Positions 36,626 to 51,535 of a stretch of DNA of 64,000 nucleotides are shown here, one piece after another. The number at the start of each line of letters is the position of its first letter. Positions within the stretch are counted from its first letter, which is position 1. The translations under genes were made by a program, and so were the position numbers. The notes below the pieces were generated by a model. It made no database searches. It was given only the letters and a program-made list of their open reading frames with translations, and had not been told where the DNA came from. This DNA comes from Malacoraja senta (Eukaryota): assembly GCA_038087875.1 (NCBI GenBank), contig CM075989.1, positions 5,952,001 through 6,016,000 of the forward strand, in the 5' to 3' direction.

Positions 36626-36950
36626 CTCTCGCAAGTGGAGGTAAAAGCTCCTATGGCACTGTCAAACAAATGTAGGAGATTTACCATGCTGTTCATCCCT
36701 TACAAGTCCCTTCTCGCAATGGACGCATACACAACAGAGATGACATCTTTACAGCCATGTTTTAATCTTGGTTCAACACTTCCCTCCAAGTATAAACTAA
36801 AATGATAATATGAATAAAATGAAAAGCATAATAATATCGAGTCGTAAGGAATTGCAGATGCTGGAATCTTGGGAAATTGGGAAACATGTTTATTAATCCT
36901 ATCTCTGTCGCCATATTTGGTTAATTCCAAAAACCTAAAGTTACCAGATG

Positions 36951-37416
36951 CTGGGGGGCAGTGTTAGCTGTGAGGAGGATGCTAGGAGACTGCAAGGTGA
37001 CTTGGATAGGCTGGGTGAGTGGGCAAATGTTTGGCAGATGCAGTATAATGTGGATAAATGTGAGGTTATCCACTTTGGTGGCAAAAACGGGAAGGCAGAC
37101 TATTATCTAAATGGTGGCCGATTAGGAAATGGGGAGGTGCAGCGAGACCTGGGTGTCATGGTACACCAGTCATTGAAAGTAGGCATGCAGGTGCAGCAGG
37201 CAGTGAAGAAAGCGAATGGTATGTTGGCCTTCATAGCAAGAGGATTTGAGTATAGGAGCAGGGAGGTTCTACTGCAGTTGTACAGGATCTTGGTGAGACC
37301 ACACCTGGAGTATTGCGTACAGTTTTGGTCTCCAAATCTGAGGAAGGACATTATAGCCATAGAGGGAGTGCAGAGAAGGTTCACCAGACTGATTCCTGGG
37401 ATGTCAGGACTTTCAT
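36951..37416 (+). mobile_element. Young CR1 RT fragment running into an assembly gap
   Basis: Nearly identical to 46913-47379. Confidence 0.9.
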
Positions 37417-37616
37417 NNNNNNNNNNNNNNNNNNNNNNNNNNNNNNNNNNNNNNNNNNNNNNNNNNNNNNNNNNNNNNNNNNNNNNNNNNNNNNNNNNNN
37501 NNNNNNNNNNNNNNNNNNNNNNNNNNNNNNNNNNNNNNNNNNNNNNNNNNNNNNNNNNNNNNNNNNNNNNNNNNNNNNNNNNNNNNNNNNNNNNNNNNNN
37601 NNNNNNNNNNNNNNNN
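37417..37616. other. Assembly gap (200 N)
   Basis: Run of N; contiguity across it is not established. Confidence 1.
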
Positions 37617-37671
37617 GCTCCCTTTCCAGCTTCCAGAATCCATGTTTGGGACAAGACCATGATAAGTTTAG

Positions 37672-37761
37672 GAGGTAGACAAAAATGCTGGAGAAACTCA
37701 GCGGGTGAGGCAGCATCTATGGAGCGAAGGAAATGGGCAAAGTTTCGGGTCAAAACCCTTC
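37672..37761 (-). mobile_element. Solo hammerhead-family unit (variant B) with exact 12-bp TSD
   Basis: TGATAAGTTTAG at 37660-37671 and 37762-37773. Confidence 0.75.
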
Positions 37762-40560
37762 TGATAAGTTTAGTTTAGTTTAGTTTAGTTTAGTTTAGAT
37801 GTACAGCACAGAAACAGGCCCTTCAGCCCACCGAGTCCGTGCCAACCAGCAATCCCCGCGCACTAACACTATCCTACACACACTAGGGACAATTTACAAC
37901 TATGCCAAAGCCAATTAACGTACAAACCTGCACTTTCTTTGAGCGTGGGAGGAATCTGGAGCTCCCGGAGAAAATCCATACGGTCACGGGAAGAATGATG
38001 AGATCCGGAGGCAAATCATGCTGTGAAACTCAAGCTGGGCATTGGCAAGCTGATTATTATTGAGCAAGCGCTGATTCACGGCACTGTCATAGACTGCTTC
38101 CAACATCTCGTCCTTGAGCGAAGATGGACGAACCATCCGGCAGTTAGCAAGATTGGATCTGACCTGCTTTTTGTGACTAGGACATTACTGCATTATTGGG
38201 CGGATTCCTGTGGAGTAACTGCACTGGAACAGAAGGCTCGTGTTGCCATTCATTCTGGAGCATAGGTTTACAGTGCAGCAGCAAGATGTTGGTTGTTCCC
38301 TTGGCCTTTGTTACACTCGGTGCTCTCATCCATTATTTTGACATGGGGAGTGAATCAATTTGGCCAAAGTTTGACCTGTGACAGTGGGGATCTCAGGAGG
38401 AAGCTGAGATGGATCATCTGTTTGGCACTTCTGCTGCTTCAGCTGGATTACCTCATGGTTTGTGAGAACTTGCTGCATTTTCTACATAATAGCACCAGCT
38501 GCAATTTAGAACTTAGAAACATAGGAAAATGGGTGCAGGAGTAGGCCATTTGGCCCTTCGAACCAGCAACGCCATTCAATATGATCATGGCTGATCATCC
38601 AAAATCAGTACCCTGTTACTGCTTTTTCACAATATCCCTTGATTCCTTTAGCCCGAAGAGCTAAATCTAACTCTCTCTTTGAAAACACCCAGTGAATTAG
38701 CCTCCACTGCCTTCTGTGGCAGAGAGTTCCACAGATTCACAACTCTCTTTAAACCTGCTTTATTGACTCAAATTGACATTTTATTTAGTGACACACCATT
38801 GAAACAGTGCCGTCAGCCCACGAACACGCTGGCCATAGACCACCCCTACACGCCAGCTTTATATAATCCCACTTGCTCATCCACTCCCTGCAACTTACAG
38901 CGGCCCAGTTAACCTGCAAACCCACCAATTCACCTGGAAACCAGAGCACCCGGAGTAAACCCACGCAGTCACAGGGAGAACGTGTAAACTCCACACAGAC
39001 AGCACCCGAGGTCAGGATCGAACCTGGATTTCTGGCGCCGTGAGGCAGCAGCTCTACCAGCTGTGCTGCTGTGTCACCCGCTGCTGATAACATGAATGAT
39101 GCAATGGGGGAGAATGGGCAATGTTTAGTTTAGTTTAGAGGCGGGAACAGTCCCTTCGGCCCACCAAGTCCGTGCCGTCCAGCGATCCCCGTACACTAAC
39201 ACTATCCTACACTCTAGGGACAATTTACATTTTTTTACTGAAGCCAATTAACCTACAAACTTGTACGTCTTTGGAGTGTGGGAGAACGCGGAGAAAAACC
39301 ACGCGGTCACGGGGAGAACGTACAAACTCCCATAGTCAGTATCGAACCCAGGCAGCAACTCTACCGCTGCAACACTGCGCCACCTGAGGGGAAGGAAAGA
39401 GCAGTGGGGGGGGGGGGTGGGGGGGTGGGGAGAATGCTGAAAATGATCTAAATTAAAGGGCAAGTAATTTAACAGTTAAACAGTCTGAACCTTGCAGGGA
39501 GACAGTTCAGAACAGCTAATATGAGAACCAGTTAGGCTAGACGTCTGAAGAAGGGTCCTGAGCTGAAATGTCCTCTAGCCATGTTCTCCAGGGATGCTGC
39601 CTGACCCGTTGAGTTACTCCAGCACTTTGTGGGTTTTTTAGGCTGGACACACATATGGACTGTGGCAAACATGGCTGACTGATGTACCACCAAGACTGTA
39701 ACCATGTCATCTTTCATTCAATGGCTTCATCAATACTGTAAATGCATTTTATTATTAATGAATGTCAATAACAACATATTATCTGGCAATTATTACTTGG
39801 CTATTTGTGGAAGCTTGTCATGTGCCAATTAACTGATGTGTGTTTATCTAGATCATTCCGCAGAGAGTGGATATGGATCACGTGCAGGTGAATGAGATGT
39901 GTTTGGCTTGGCATCATGTACAGCACAGACATTGTGGGCCGAAGGGCCTGTTCCTGTACTGTACTGTTCTGTGTTCTATGTTCTATCACTTATTCTTCAA
40001 AAGTACTTGATTGGATACACAATATTTTTGAGGTTAGTGGAATGCGAAAGAAATTAAAGTTATTTTCTCTTTCTCTTTGTACATACTTGTTTGTTCATTT
40101 CATGGTCAGTTGTGCTGAATGTTAAACTCCAGTCTGGCATATCTCCAGTCTTGTCTGAAGCTTCACAAAGACGTCAGTGCGCTACAAAGCAAAAAACTGT
40201 GGAAATAACCTTTGAGCCTTTCAACTCAGGAAATGAAGCAAGGAAAAGGTGTTTTGAGGACAAGGACTGGAGGGGAAAAAATCAGCAACATTTTACAATC
40301 CTGTTGAGCTTTCTTATGTATTGTAAAATAATTCAGAGTATATTTGGAAAAAATGTGAAGAGAGATTTCTATAGATGGTTCCAATTATTTGTTCCTAACA
40401 CCGACATTTAATAGAGGAACTACAGTATTCCCCTAGCTTTAGCAAACCTTAAAAGAATTGGGCTCAAGCCATTTAAAGAAAACAAATAGGGTCGACCTAC
40501 CTTCATGTGAAGATTACTGGTCATTTGGGCCTTGGACCCCCATTTTGTCCCTTACAGTGT

Positions 40561-41070
40561 GACAATAGACAATAGACAATAGACAATAGGTGCAGGAGTA
40601 GGCCATTCGGCCCTTCGAGCCTGCACCGCCATTCAATGTGATCATGGCTGATCATCCCCAATCAGTACCCCGTTCCTGCCTTCTCCCCATATCCTCTGAT
40701 TCCACTATCTTTAAGAGCCCTATCTAGCTCTCTCTTGAAAGTATCCAGAGAACCGGCCTCCACCGCCCTCTGAGGCAGAGAATTCCACAGACTCACAACT
40801 CTCTGTGTGAAAAAGTGTCTCCTCGTCTCCGTTCTAAATGGCTTACTCCTTATTCTTAAACTGTGGCCCCTGGTTCTGGACTCCCCCAACATCGGGAACA
40901 TGTTTCCTGCCTCTAGCGTGTCCAAACCCTTAACAATCGTATATGTTTCAACAAGATGCCCTCTCATCCTTCTAAACTCCAGAGTGTACAAGCCCAGCCG
41001 CTCCATTCTCTCAGCATATGACAGTCCCGCCATCCCGGGAATTAACCTTGTAAACCTACGCTGCACTCCC
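40561..41070 (-). mobile_element. CR1 3' end
   Basis: ORF 40662-41066; (CTATTGT)n tail. Confidence 0.9.
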
Positions 41071-41452
41071 TCAGGTCCTGGAAACCTCCTCCCAAAGCAA
41101 ATCTCGTTACCAGGGGATGAGGAGGACTGGAGGTAGTGGATGGCATCATATACCCGTGTAGGGCACTGGGCAGCATGGGGCAGTGTGGGGTTGCACCCAA
41201 CACCAGTGGCTAACTATTGGTGACTATGTCTAACTATAGTTATATCACTATATATATATCTATATAGACATAACAATAGTGACGGGGACAGCACCAACAG
41301 CAGTGAAGTCGTGCCCATCACCACCAGCTGGCATTACTGATTGTTTGTGAGTTTCTTTGACTTTAACAATTGTCAAAAAAAAATTAAATATTTTAAAATG
41401 TTCAATTAGTGCAACTAATTGAAAACAAAAGGGTATAAATTAATATGTTCAA

Positions 41453-43456
<2,004 letters not shown>

Positions 43457-44020
43457 CTTCCTGAGAAGATTACGGAGAGTCGGTTTGTCAAGGACGACTC
43501 TCTCTAACTTCTACAGGTGCACAGTAGAGAGCATGCTGACCGGTTGCATCGTGGCTTGGTTCAGCAACTTGAGCTCCCTGGAGAGGAAAAGACTACAAAA
43601 AGTAGTAAACACTGCCCAGTCCATCATCGGCTCTGACCTCCCTTCCATCGAGGGGATCTATCACAGTCGCTGCCTCAAAAAGGCTGGCAGCATCATCAAG
43701 GACCCACACCATCCTGGCCACACACTCATCTCCCTACTACCTTCAGGTAGAAGGTACAGGAGCCTGAAGACTGCAACGACCAGGTTCAGGAATAGCTACT
43801 TCCCCACAGCCATCAGGCTATTAAACCTGGCTCGGACATAACACTGAACTTTACTAGCCAATACTGTTATTTGTACGTTATCAGTATATTGACCATTGTG
43901 TATATATTTATAGAATGCCTTGTAGTAAATGCCTACTATGTTCTGTTGTGCTGAAGTAAAGCAAGAATTTCATTGTCCTACCAGGGACACATGACAATAA
44001 ACTCACTTGACTTGACTTGA
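43457..44020 (+). mobile_element. Rex1/Babar-like LINE 3' end embedded in (CA)n
   Basis: FLRRLRRVGLSRTTLSNFYRC...IRLLNLART; (CTTGA)n tail; CA repeat on both sides. Confidence 0.88.
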
Positions 44021-44262
<242 letters not shown>

Positions 44263-45193
44263 ACCAAGGTGCTGTCTACATGGTGTTTGCACGTTCTCCC
44301 TGTAACCGTGTGGGTTTCCTTTGGGTGCTCCGGTTTCCTCCCACATCCAGATATGCAGGTTTGTAGATTAATTGTCCTCTTTAAATTGCCACTGGTGTGT
44401 GGGGAGTGGGTGTGAAAGTGGGATGACAGAACTAGTATGATTACATGATCGACGGTCGGCATGGACTCCAAAGGGCTGTTTCCACACTGTATCTCCAAAC
44501 TAAACCAAACTAAAGTTCTGCAGAGAGAAAGGAAACGCAACAATCTTACGGCCAAACTTGCTGCCCGATCTAATATGGATCTCGGGAGTGTATTTGCCTC
44601 ACTAATGCAGATGGAACAAATGCTTGGTCAAAGAGATAGGCATTAAGGAGCATGCTAAAGGGGAGAGAGAAGAGAGAAATGTTTAGGAGGGAGTTCCACA
44701 GTTCAGGAGCATAAAGGCATGATATCTAGGAAGGAACTGCACATGCTGGTTTACACCAAAGGTAGACACAAAATGCTGGAGTGACTCAGTGCATCAGACA
44801 GCGTCTCTGCAGAAATGGAACAGGAGACGGTTTGGGTCGAGACCCTTCTCCAGACTCAGAGAGAGGAGGCGAACTTCTTCAAAGAAGGCCGGCCTTCTGG
44901 AGACTTTGCAATGGAGCAGACAAAATGTGTTGGAAGGAACAGCAGATGCTGCTTTACCCACAGAAATAGACGCGCAATGCTGGAGTAACTCAGCGGGACA
45001 GGCTGCATCTCTGGAGAGAAGGAATGGGCGACGTTTCGGGTCAAGACCCTTCTTCAGACCCTCGGAACAAAAGACATGACATCCGTGGGCCAGGAGATTA
45101 AATGTGGGAATAGGCAATTGACCAGAAATGGAAGAGGACAGATCACATAGATGAGGTGGCAAAAATGACATGGGCAGGGAGGAGCGAAGAGTA

Positions 45194-45755
45194 GGTAAGT
45201 AAGTAAGTAATATTTATTTATGTAGCATATTTAAATCAACTCGCATCGAAACCAAAGTCCGGTACAAAGAAGACGTTGGGATTCCATACATCCATACAAA
45301 ATAAAGAAGAAAAGACACAACACACTATAGAATTTAACATGAATGTCCCCCCACAGCAGAATCAACATTTTCCACTGTGAGGGAAGGCAGTAAAATGTTC
45401 AGTCCTCTTCCTCTATGTTCACCCGTGGTCGGGGCCTGTTTGAGGCCTCCGCAGTCGCCGCAGCGGAGGCCCGATGTTTCAGGCCCTCTCGCCGGGATGA
45501 TGGAACTCCGGCGTCGGAGAGAACACTCTCAGCGGCATAGGAGTTCTGAATCGGCCGCTTCCTCCCGGAGACCACGGCTCCCGAAATACACAGGCGGAGA
45601 TTCACACTGGCGATCTCGGCGAAAGATCTCAGGCCTCCGCGATGTTGAAGCCAGCGCCGCCCGCAGCTGGAAGCTGCGTAACCACAGCTCCGCGATGTTG
45701 AAGTCGGCGGTCTCAGCACTCCAGAGCTCACCACACGGCGATCCTCGGTTTAGGG
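45194..45755 (-). repeat. CpG-rich non-autonomous retroposon-like repeat with an L2-type tail
   Basis: Minus strand ends ATATGCTACATAAATAAATA(TTAC)n; internal direct repeat CTCCGCGATGTTGAAG at 45635-45650 and 45688-45703. Confidence 0.45.
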
Positions 45756-46312
45756 ATTGGAAAATGCAAAAGCGAGGTTTTAAGTCAAATCTTATTGACA
45801 AGCAATTTCTATTTCTTTTTTTAATCTGTGTAGAATTTTTCCTTTATAGATCTTCTGTTGTTATGAAATATCATACTTGGACATATTGTCCCTGGGGGGG
45901 AAAGTTAAGAAGAGTGTAAGGAATATCCCCCAGTGATGTTAAGTAGTCGTGTAGTTAATGTGACTGTCACATGGAAAAGAACACCAGCGTTGTTGGATAT
46001 TTTTGCAAAGAAATGATTGGGAGTAATTTGAGCTAGGAGTGGGATTATTGGGATACAATCCCTGCGGAGATGGAGATGATGGCGTGCCGTTGGAGGGTCT
46101 AAAGTCGCCCTCCAAAACCTAGGAAGCACAATTCGGATCGTAAAAAATAAAATGTGAATTGCATGGCGATTCTGCAAATACCCTTAAATTGCCATTACGT
46201 TATGGAAGAAAACTTGTAGATACTTTACTCAGGAAACAAAAATGAGTTAAGTCTTGAAGCAATATTTCAAGTAGTGATCTTTATATTTTATTTTAGTGAT
46301 AATTTTTCAAAG

Positions 46313-47836
46313 TTAGTGATAATTTTTCAAAACTCTTTAGATTCTGGAGTAGTTCCTGAGGATTGGAGGGTAGCAAACGTAACCCCACTTTTTAAGAAGG
46401 GAGGGAGAGAGAAAACGGGGAATTACAGACCAGTTAGTCTAACATCGGTAGTGGGGAAACTGCTAGAGTCAGTTATTAAAGATGGGATAGCAGCACATTT
46501 GGAAAGTGGTGAAATCATTGGACAAAGTCAGCATGGATTTACGAAAGGTAAATCGTGTCTGACGAATCTTATAGAATTTTTCGAGGATGTAACTAGTAGA
46601 GTGGATAGGGGAGAACCAGTGGATGTGTTGTATCTGGACTTTCAGAAGGCTTTCGACAAGGTACCACATAAGAGATTAGGATACAAACTTAAATCACACG
46701 GTATTGGGGGTTCAGTATTGATGTGGATAGAGAACTGGCTGGCAAACAGGAAGCAAAGAGTAGGAGTAAACGGGTCCTTTTCACAATGGCAGGCAGTGAC
46801 TAGTGGGGTACCACAAGGCTCAGTGCTGGGACCCCAGCTATTTACAATTTATATTAATGATCTGGACGAGGGAATTGAAAGCAACATCTCCAAGTTTGCG
46901 GATGACACTAAGCTGGGGGGCAGTGTTAGCTGTGAGGAGGATGCTAGGAGACTGCAAGGTGACTTGGATAGGCTGGGTGAGTGGGCAAATGTTTGGCAGA
47001 TGCAGTATAATGTGGATAAATGTGAGGTTATCCACTTTGGTAGCAAAAACGGGAAGGCAGACTATTATCTAAATGGTGGCCGATTAGGAAATGGGGAGAT
47101 GCAGCGAGACCTGGGTGTCATGGTACACCAGTCATTGAAAGTAGGCATGCAGGTGCAGCAGGCAGTGAAGAAAGCGAATGGTATGTTGGCCTTCATAGCA
47201 AGAGGATTTGAGTATAGGAGCAGTGAGGTTCTACTGCAGTTGTACAGGGTCTTGGTGAGACCACACCTGGAGTATTGCGTACAGTTTTGGTCTCCAAATC
47301 TGAGGAAGGACATTATAGCCATAGAGGGAGTGCAGAGAAGGTTCACCAGACTGATTCCTGGGATGTCAGGACTTTCATATGAAGAAAGACTGGATAGACT
47401 TGGCTTATACTCGCTAGAATTTAGGAGATTGAGAGGGGATCTTATAGAAACGTACAAGATTCTTATGGGGTTGGACAGGCTAGATGCAGGAAGATTGTTC
47501 CCGATGTTGGGGAAGTCCAGGACAAGGGGTCACAGCTTAAGGATAAGGGGAAAATCCTTTAAGACCGAGATGAGGAAAAACTTTTTCACACAGAGAGTGG
47601 TGAATCTCTGGAACTCTCTGCCACAGAGGGTAGTTGAGGCCAGTTCATTGGCTATATTTAAGAGGGAATTAGATGTGGCCCTTGTGGCTAAAGGGATCAG
47701 GGGGTATGGAGAGAAGGCAGGTACGGGATACTGAGTTGGATGATCAGCCATGATCGTATTGAATGGCGGTGCAGGCTCGAAGGGCCGAATGGCCTACTCC
47801 TGCACCTAATTTCTATGTATCTATGTATCTATGTAT
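46313..47836 (+). mobile_element. CR1 LINE, 5'-truncated, with an uninterrupted RT frame
   Basis: ORF to 47734: WRVANVTPLFKKG, NYRPVSL, YLDFQKAFDKV, GVPQGSVLGP, FADD; 3' hairpin region and (CTATGTAT)n tail. Confidence 0.97.
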
Positions 47837-48031
47837 TGCTAATATCTCTTTTAACTTTGGGATTCAAGGGATCATTTTAAGACCCCCTTCAAATATGATT
47901 TTTTTCTTCAAGGATAATTGAAAACAATGACAGATAGTTGTAGTGAATCTTGATAAGACGATTTCTAAGTAAAGATTATGGTGAGAATGACACAGGCTAA
48001 ACAGCTTTAGACAGTGCCATTATCCTTGGCC

Positions 48032-48066
48032 AGTCTGAAGAAGGGTCTCGACCCGAAACGTCACCC
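48032..48066 (+). ncRNA. Minimal type I hammerhead ribozyme motif (Penelope-like-element type), best-preserved copy
   Basis: CTGAAGA (48035-48041), stem II GGGTC-TC-GACCC, GAAAC (48055-48059), GTC triplet (48060-48062); unit continues to about 48156. Confidence 0.7.
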
Positions 48067-49591
48067 ATTCCTTTTCTCCAAAAATGCTGTCTGACCCGCT
48101 GAGTTACTCCGACTTTTTATGTCTATCTTCGGTTTAAACCAGCATCTGGAGTTCCGTCCTTTACTAAGCAGCTTCATGCCGTGTTACATCAATGGTAGTT
48201 GTTATGCTGGCAACATCATGGAGAACTGTGTCTTCTTGGCGTGCAACGAAGAATGCCTTGGCAGCTTCAACCATGGGATGACCAATGTCACATTGAGGCA
48301 GTGGAACCGACACTTCTCACAGTGGCTGTTACACACTTAAAGCCGATCAAACTGATGCGGCTATATTTCTCACTGATGAATTGCCCCTTGCTCAGCACCA
48401 CAAGATGTCAGTAATGTTTTACACGTTAGGCTTTAGAGATACAACGTGGAAACAGGCCCTTCGGCCCACCAAGCCCGCGCTGACCATCGATCACCCCGCA
48501 CACTAACGCCATCCTACAAACACGAGGGACAGTTTTACCAAAGCCAATTCATCTACAAACCTGCACGTCTTTGGAGTGGGGGAGGAAACAGGAGCACCCG
48601 GAGAAAACCCACGTGGTCACAGGGAGAACGAACAAACTCCGTACAGACAGTACCCATAGTCAGGATCGAACTCAGGTCTCTGGTGGTGTAAGGCAGCTAC
48701 TCTAACGCTGCATCACCATGCTGCCCCTAAATACTATGCTGTGGAATAGTATTAGAGCCAAGTCCAATGCCACACTTCTCCAGTGTTTGTCAAAGTCTGT
48801 ATCTAATGTGGAGCGTGACCAAGCAGACCGGAGATGGGACAATGACTGATTACTCTGCTCATAGTCTGGTGTTTGGATTTATAATCCAGGTGCCAATGTC
48901 TGAAGCTCTGGGTCTTCCTCCCTCAACCTTTCCTTCCAGCTTTCCTCCCAACCTTGATTAGAACGGGTGTCAAGGGTTGTGGGTGGAAGGCAGGAAAATG
49001 GGATTAGGAGGCAGAGATCAGCCATGATTGAATGGCAGGAGTGGGCTCGATGGGCCGAATGGCCTAATGCTACGCCTATAACTTGTGAACTTGTGAACCT
49101 GCCATCCGTCTGATGAAAGGAACTGCAGATGCTGGTTTATACCAAAGATGGACACAAAATGCTGGAGTAACTCAGCAGGTCAGTCAGCAACTCGGGTCAG
49201 AACCGTTTTTGACTCGAAGATAGACACAAAATGCTGGAGTAAGGGTCAGAGTAAGGGTCTCGACCTGAAACGTCACCCATTCCTTCTCTCCAGAGATTCT
49301 GCCTGTCCCGCTGAGTTACTCCGGCGTGTTGTGTCCATCTTCGGTTTAAACCAGCATCTGCAGTTCCTTCCTACACCTTTTTCGACTCGGTGGGCTGAAG
49401 GGCCCGTTTCCGCGCTGTATTTCAAAACTAAAAAATAAGAAATTGTCTCAGCATCCTGTTCCCCAGCTCACTGTGAGAAAGAGGAGGCGGGAAAGGAAGT
49501 CTGTTGAGATCTTTCGCTTCAGAGAAAAGTGTTGAACCTCCAACCTTAGCAGATCTTCCTATGATTTGTGCAGAGGCCACCTCTTCCTTGG

Positions 49592-49758
49592 TAGACTCAA
49601 ATGCTGGAGAAACTCAGCGGGTGAGGCAGCATGTATGGAGCGAAGGAAATAGGCAACGTTGCCTATTTCCTTCGCTCCATAGATGCTGCCTCACCCGCTC
49701 AGTTTCTCCAGCATTTTTGTCTACCTTCGATTTTCCAGCATCTGCAGTTCCTTCGTAA
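49592..49758. mobile_element. Palindromic hammerhead-family unit (variant B, core lost at the inversion centre) with 13-bp TSD
   Basis: Centre AATAGGCAACGTTGCCTATT; ACCTCTTCCTTGG (49579-49591) and ACCTCATCCTTGG (49759-49771). Confidence 0.8.
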
Positions 49759-51024
49759 ACCTCATCCTTGGCCTTTTTTTTACAAGCTTCTGTTTCAATT
49801 TACAGCAGCATGAAAGTAGCCAATCTGTTTGATTTTCTCTAATCGTTCTGTTCTGATCGTGATCTCTTGTTGCTCAGCCCATGCTATAAATCACACGGAA
49901 GTGCTGGCTATTAATAAGATACGGCTTGTTTTAATGTCCCACAGAGGCAATATAGAAAATTGTTTCACAATCTAATGGATGGGATATTACAAACAACATC
50001 ACAAGCTATATTTATGGAAGAAATGTTTAATAAATGTATAACACATTGTAATATAACATTGGAATGTTTCCCTGCGTTCATGCGGCAGGGTCTGGTGTTC
50101 TGATTAGGCCATCGAGACCCCAAGCCTTAATTTTGGTATAAACCAGCATCTGCACTTCCTTCCCTCACAAAGTGCTGTCAGTACGGAGTTCGCACGTTCT
50201 CCCCGTGACCTGCGTGGGGTTTTCTCCGAGATCTTCGGTTTCCTCCCACACTCCAAAGGCGTGCAGGTTTGTAGATTAATTGGCTGGGTATGATTGTAAA
50301 AATTGTCCCTAGTGGGGGTAGGATAGTGTTAATGTGCAGGGATCGCTGGTCGGCGCGGACCCGGTGGGCCGAAGGGCCTGTTTCCGCGCTGTATCTCTAA
50401 ACTAAAGTGCTGGAGGAACTCAGCAGGTCAGACAGCATGCCTGGAGGGAAATGGAAAGACAACATTTTGTCTTTCCATTTCCGGGACCTTTCTTCAGACT
50501 GACGGCAGGTTCACCAGTTAAAGGCGTAGAATTAGGCCATTCGGCCCATCGAGCCCACACTGCCATTCAATCATGGCTGATCACTGCCTCCTCATCCCAT
50601 TTTTCTGCTTTCTCCCCATAACCCTTGACACCCATCCTTAATTTAGTTCATTTAGTTTGGAGATGCAACATAGAAACAGGCCCTTCGGCCCACCGAGTCT
50701 GCGATCGATCCCGGGTCCCTGGCGCTGTGAGGCGGCAACTTTACCGCTGCGCCACCGTGCTGCCCCTTAATCTAGCAACTAAGGACAAAGCATAAAGTGC
50801 TGGAGGAGCTCAACGGGTCAGGCAGCATCTGTGGAGCGAATGGACAGACGGTGTTCCGGGTCGGGAACCTTCTTCAGTCTGATTGTAATGGGGGGGTCCT
50901 GGAAAAGAGAGGTGGAGGTGGGACAAACCCTGGCAAGTGATAGGTGGATACAGGTGATGGAGGTTTGATGAGCTCGTGAGCGGAGTAAGTGACAAAGTCT
51001 AGAGGTGAAGAAGGGACAGAAGGC

Positions 51025-51535
51025 AGAGGACATAGGTTTAAAGGGGGGGGGGGAGATTTAACAAGAACCTGACGTAACTTATTTACCCAAAGGGTAGTGG
51101 GTATATGGAATGAGCTGCAGGAGGAGGTAGGTGGGGCAGCTACTGGAGGTACTGGAGGTTGAGGGGGGACCTGACAGAGGTATTTAAAATGATGGGGTGC
51201 AGAGATAGGGTGTAAAGTCAGCACCATTTTTCCCAGGGTGGAAAGGTCAAAGAAGGTGAGAGGGGCAAAGTTGAGAAGAGAGGGGCAAAGTTGAGAGAGG
51301 GGCAGATTTTTTACACAGAGGGTGTGAGTGCCTGGAACATGCTGCTTGGCTGGTGGTGGAGGCACATACGATAGTGACGTTTAAGAGACTTTTGGATAGG
51401 CACATGGATATGCAGGGAATGGAGGGATATGGATCAGATACAGGCAGAGAAGATTAGTTTAACTTGGCATCATGTTTAGTATGGACATTGTGGGCCGAAG
51501 GGCCTGTTCCTGTGCTGTACTGTTCTATGGTTCTA
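51025..51535 (+). mobile_element. Degenerate CR1 3' fragments
   Basis: AGAGGACATAGGTTTAA, TTTTACACAGAGGGTG and GGGCCGAAGGGCCTGTTCC tail. Confidence 0.7.

Noticed and set aside
41401..41423. Perfect 10-bp hairpin TTCAATTAGT-GCA-ACTAATTGAA
   Set aside because: AT-rich and single; plausible by chance in 64 kb, with no associated element identified
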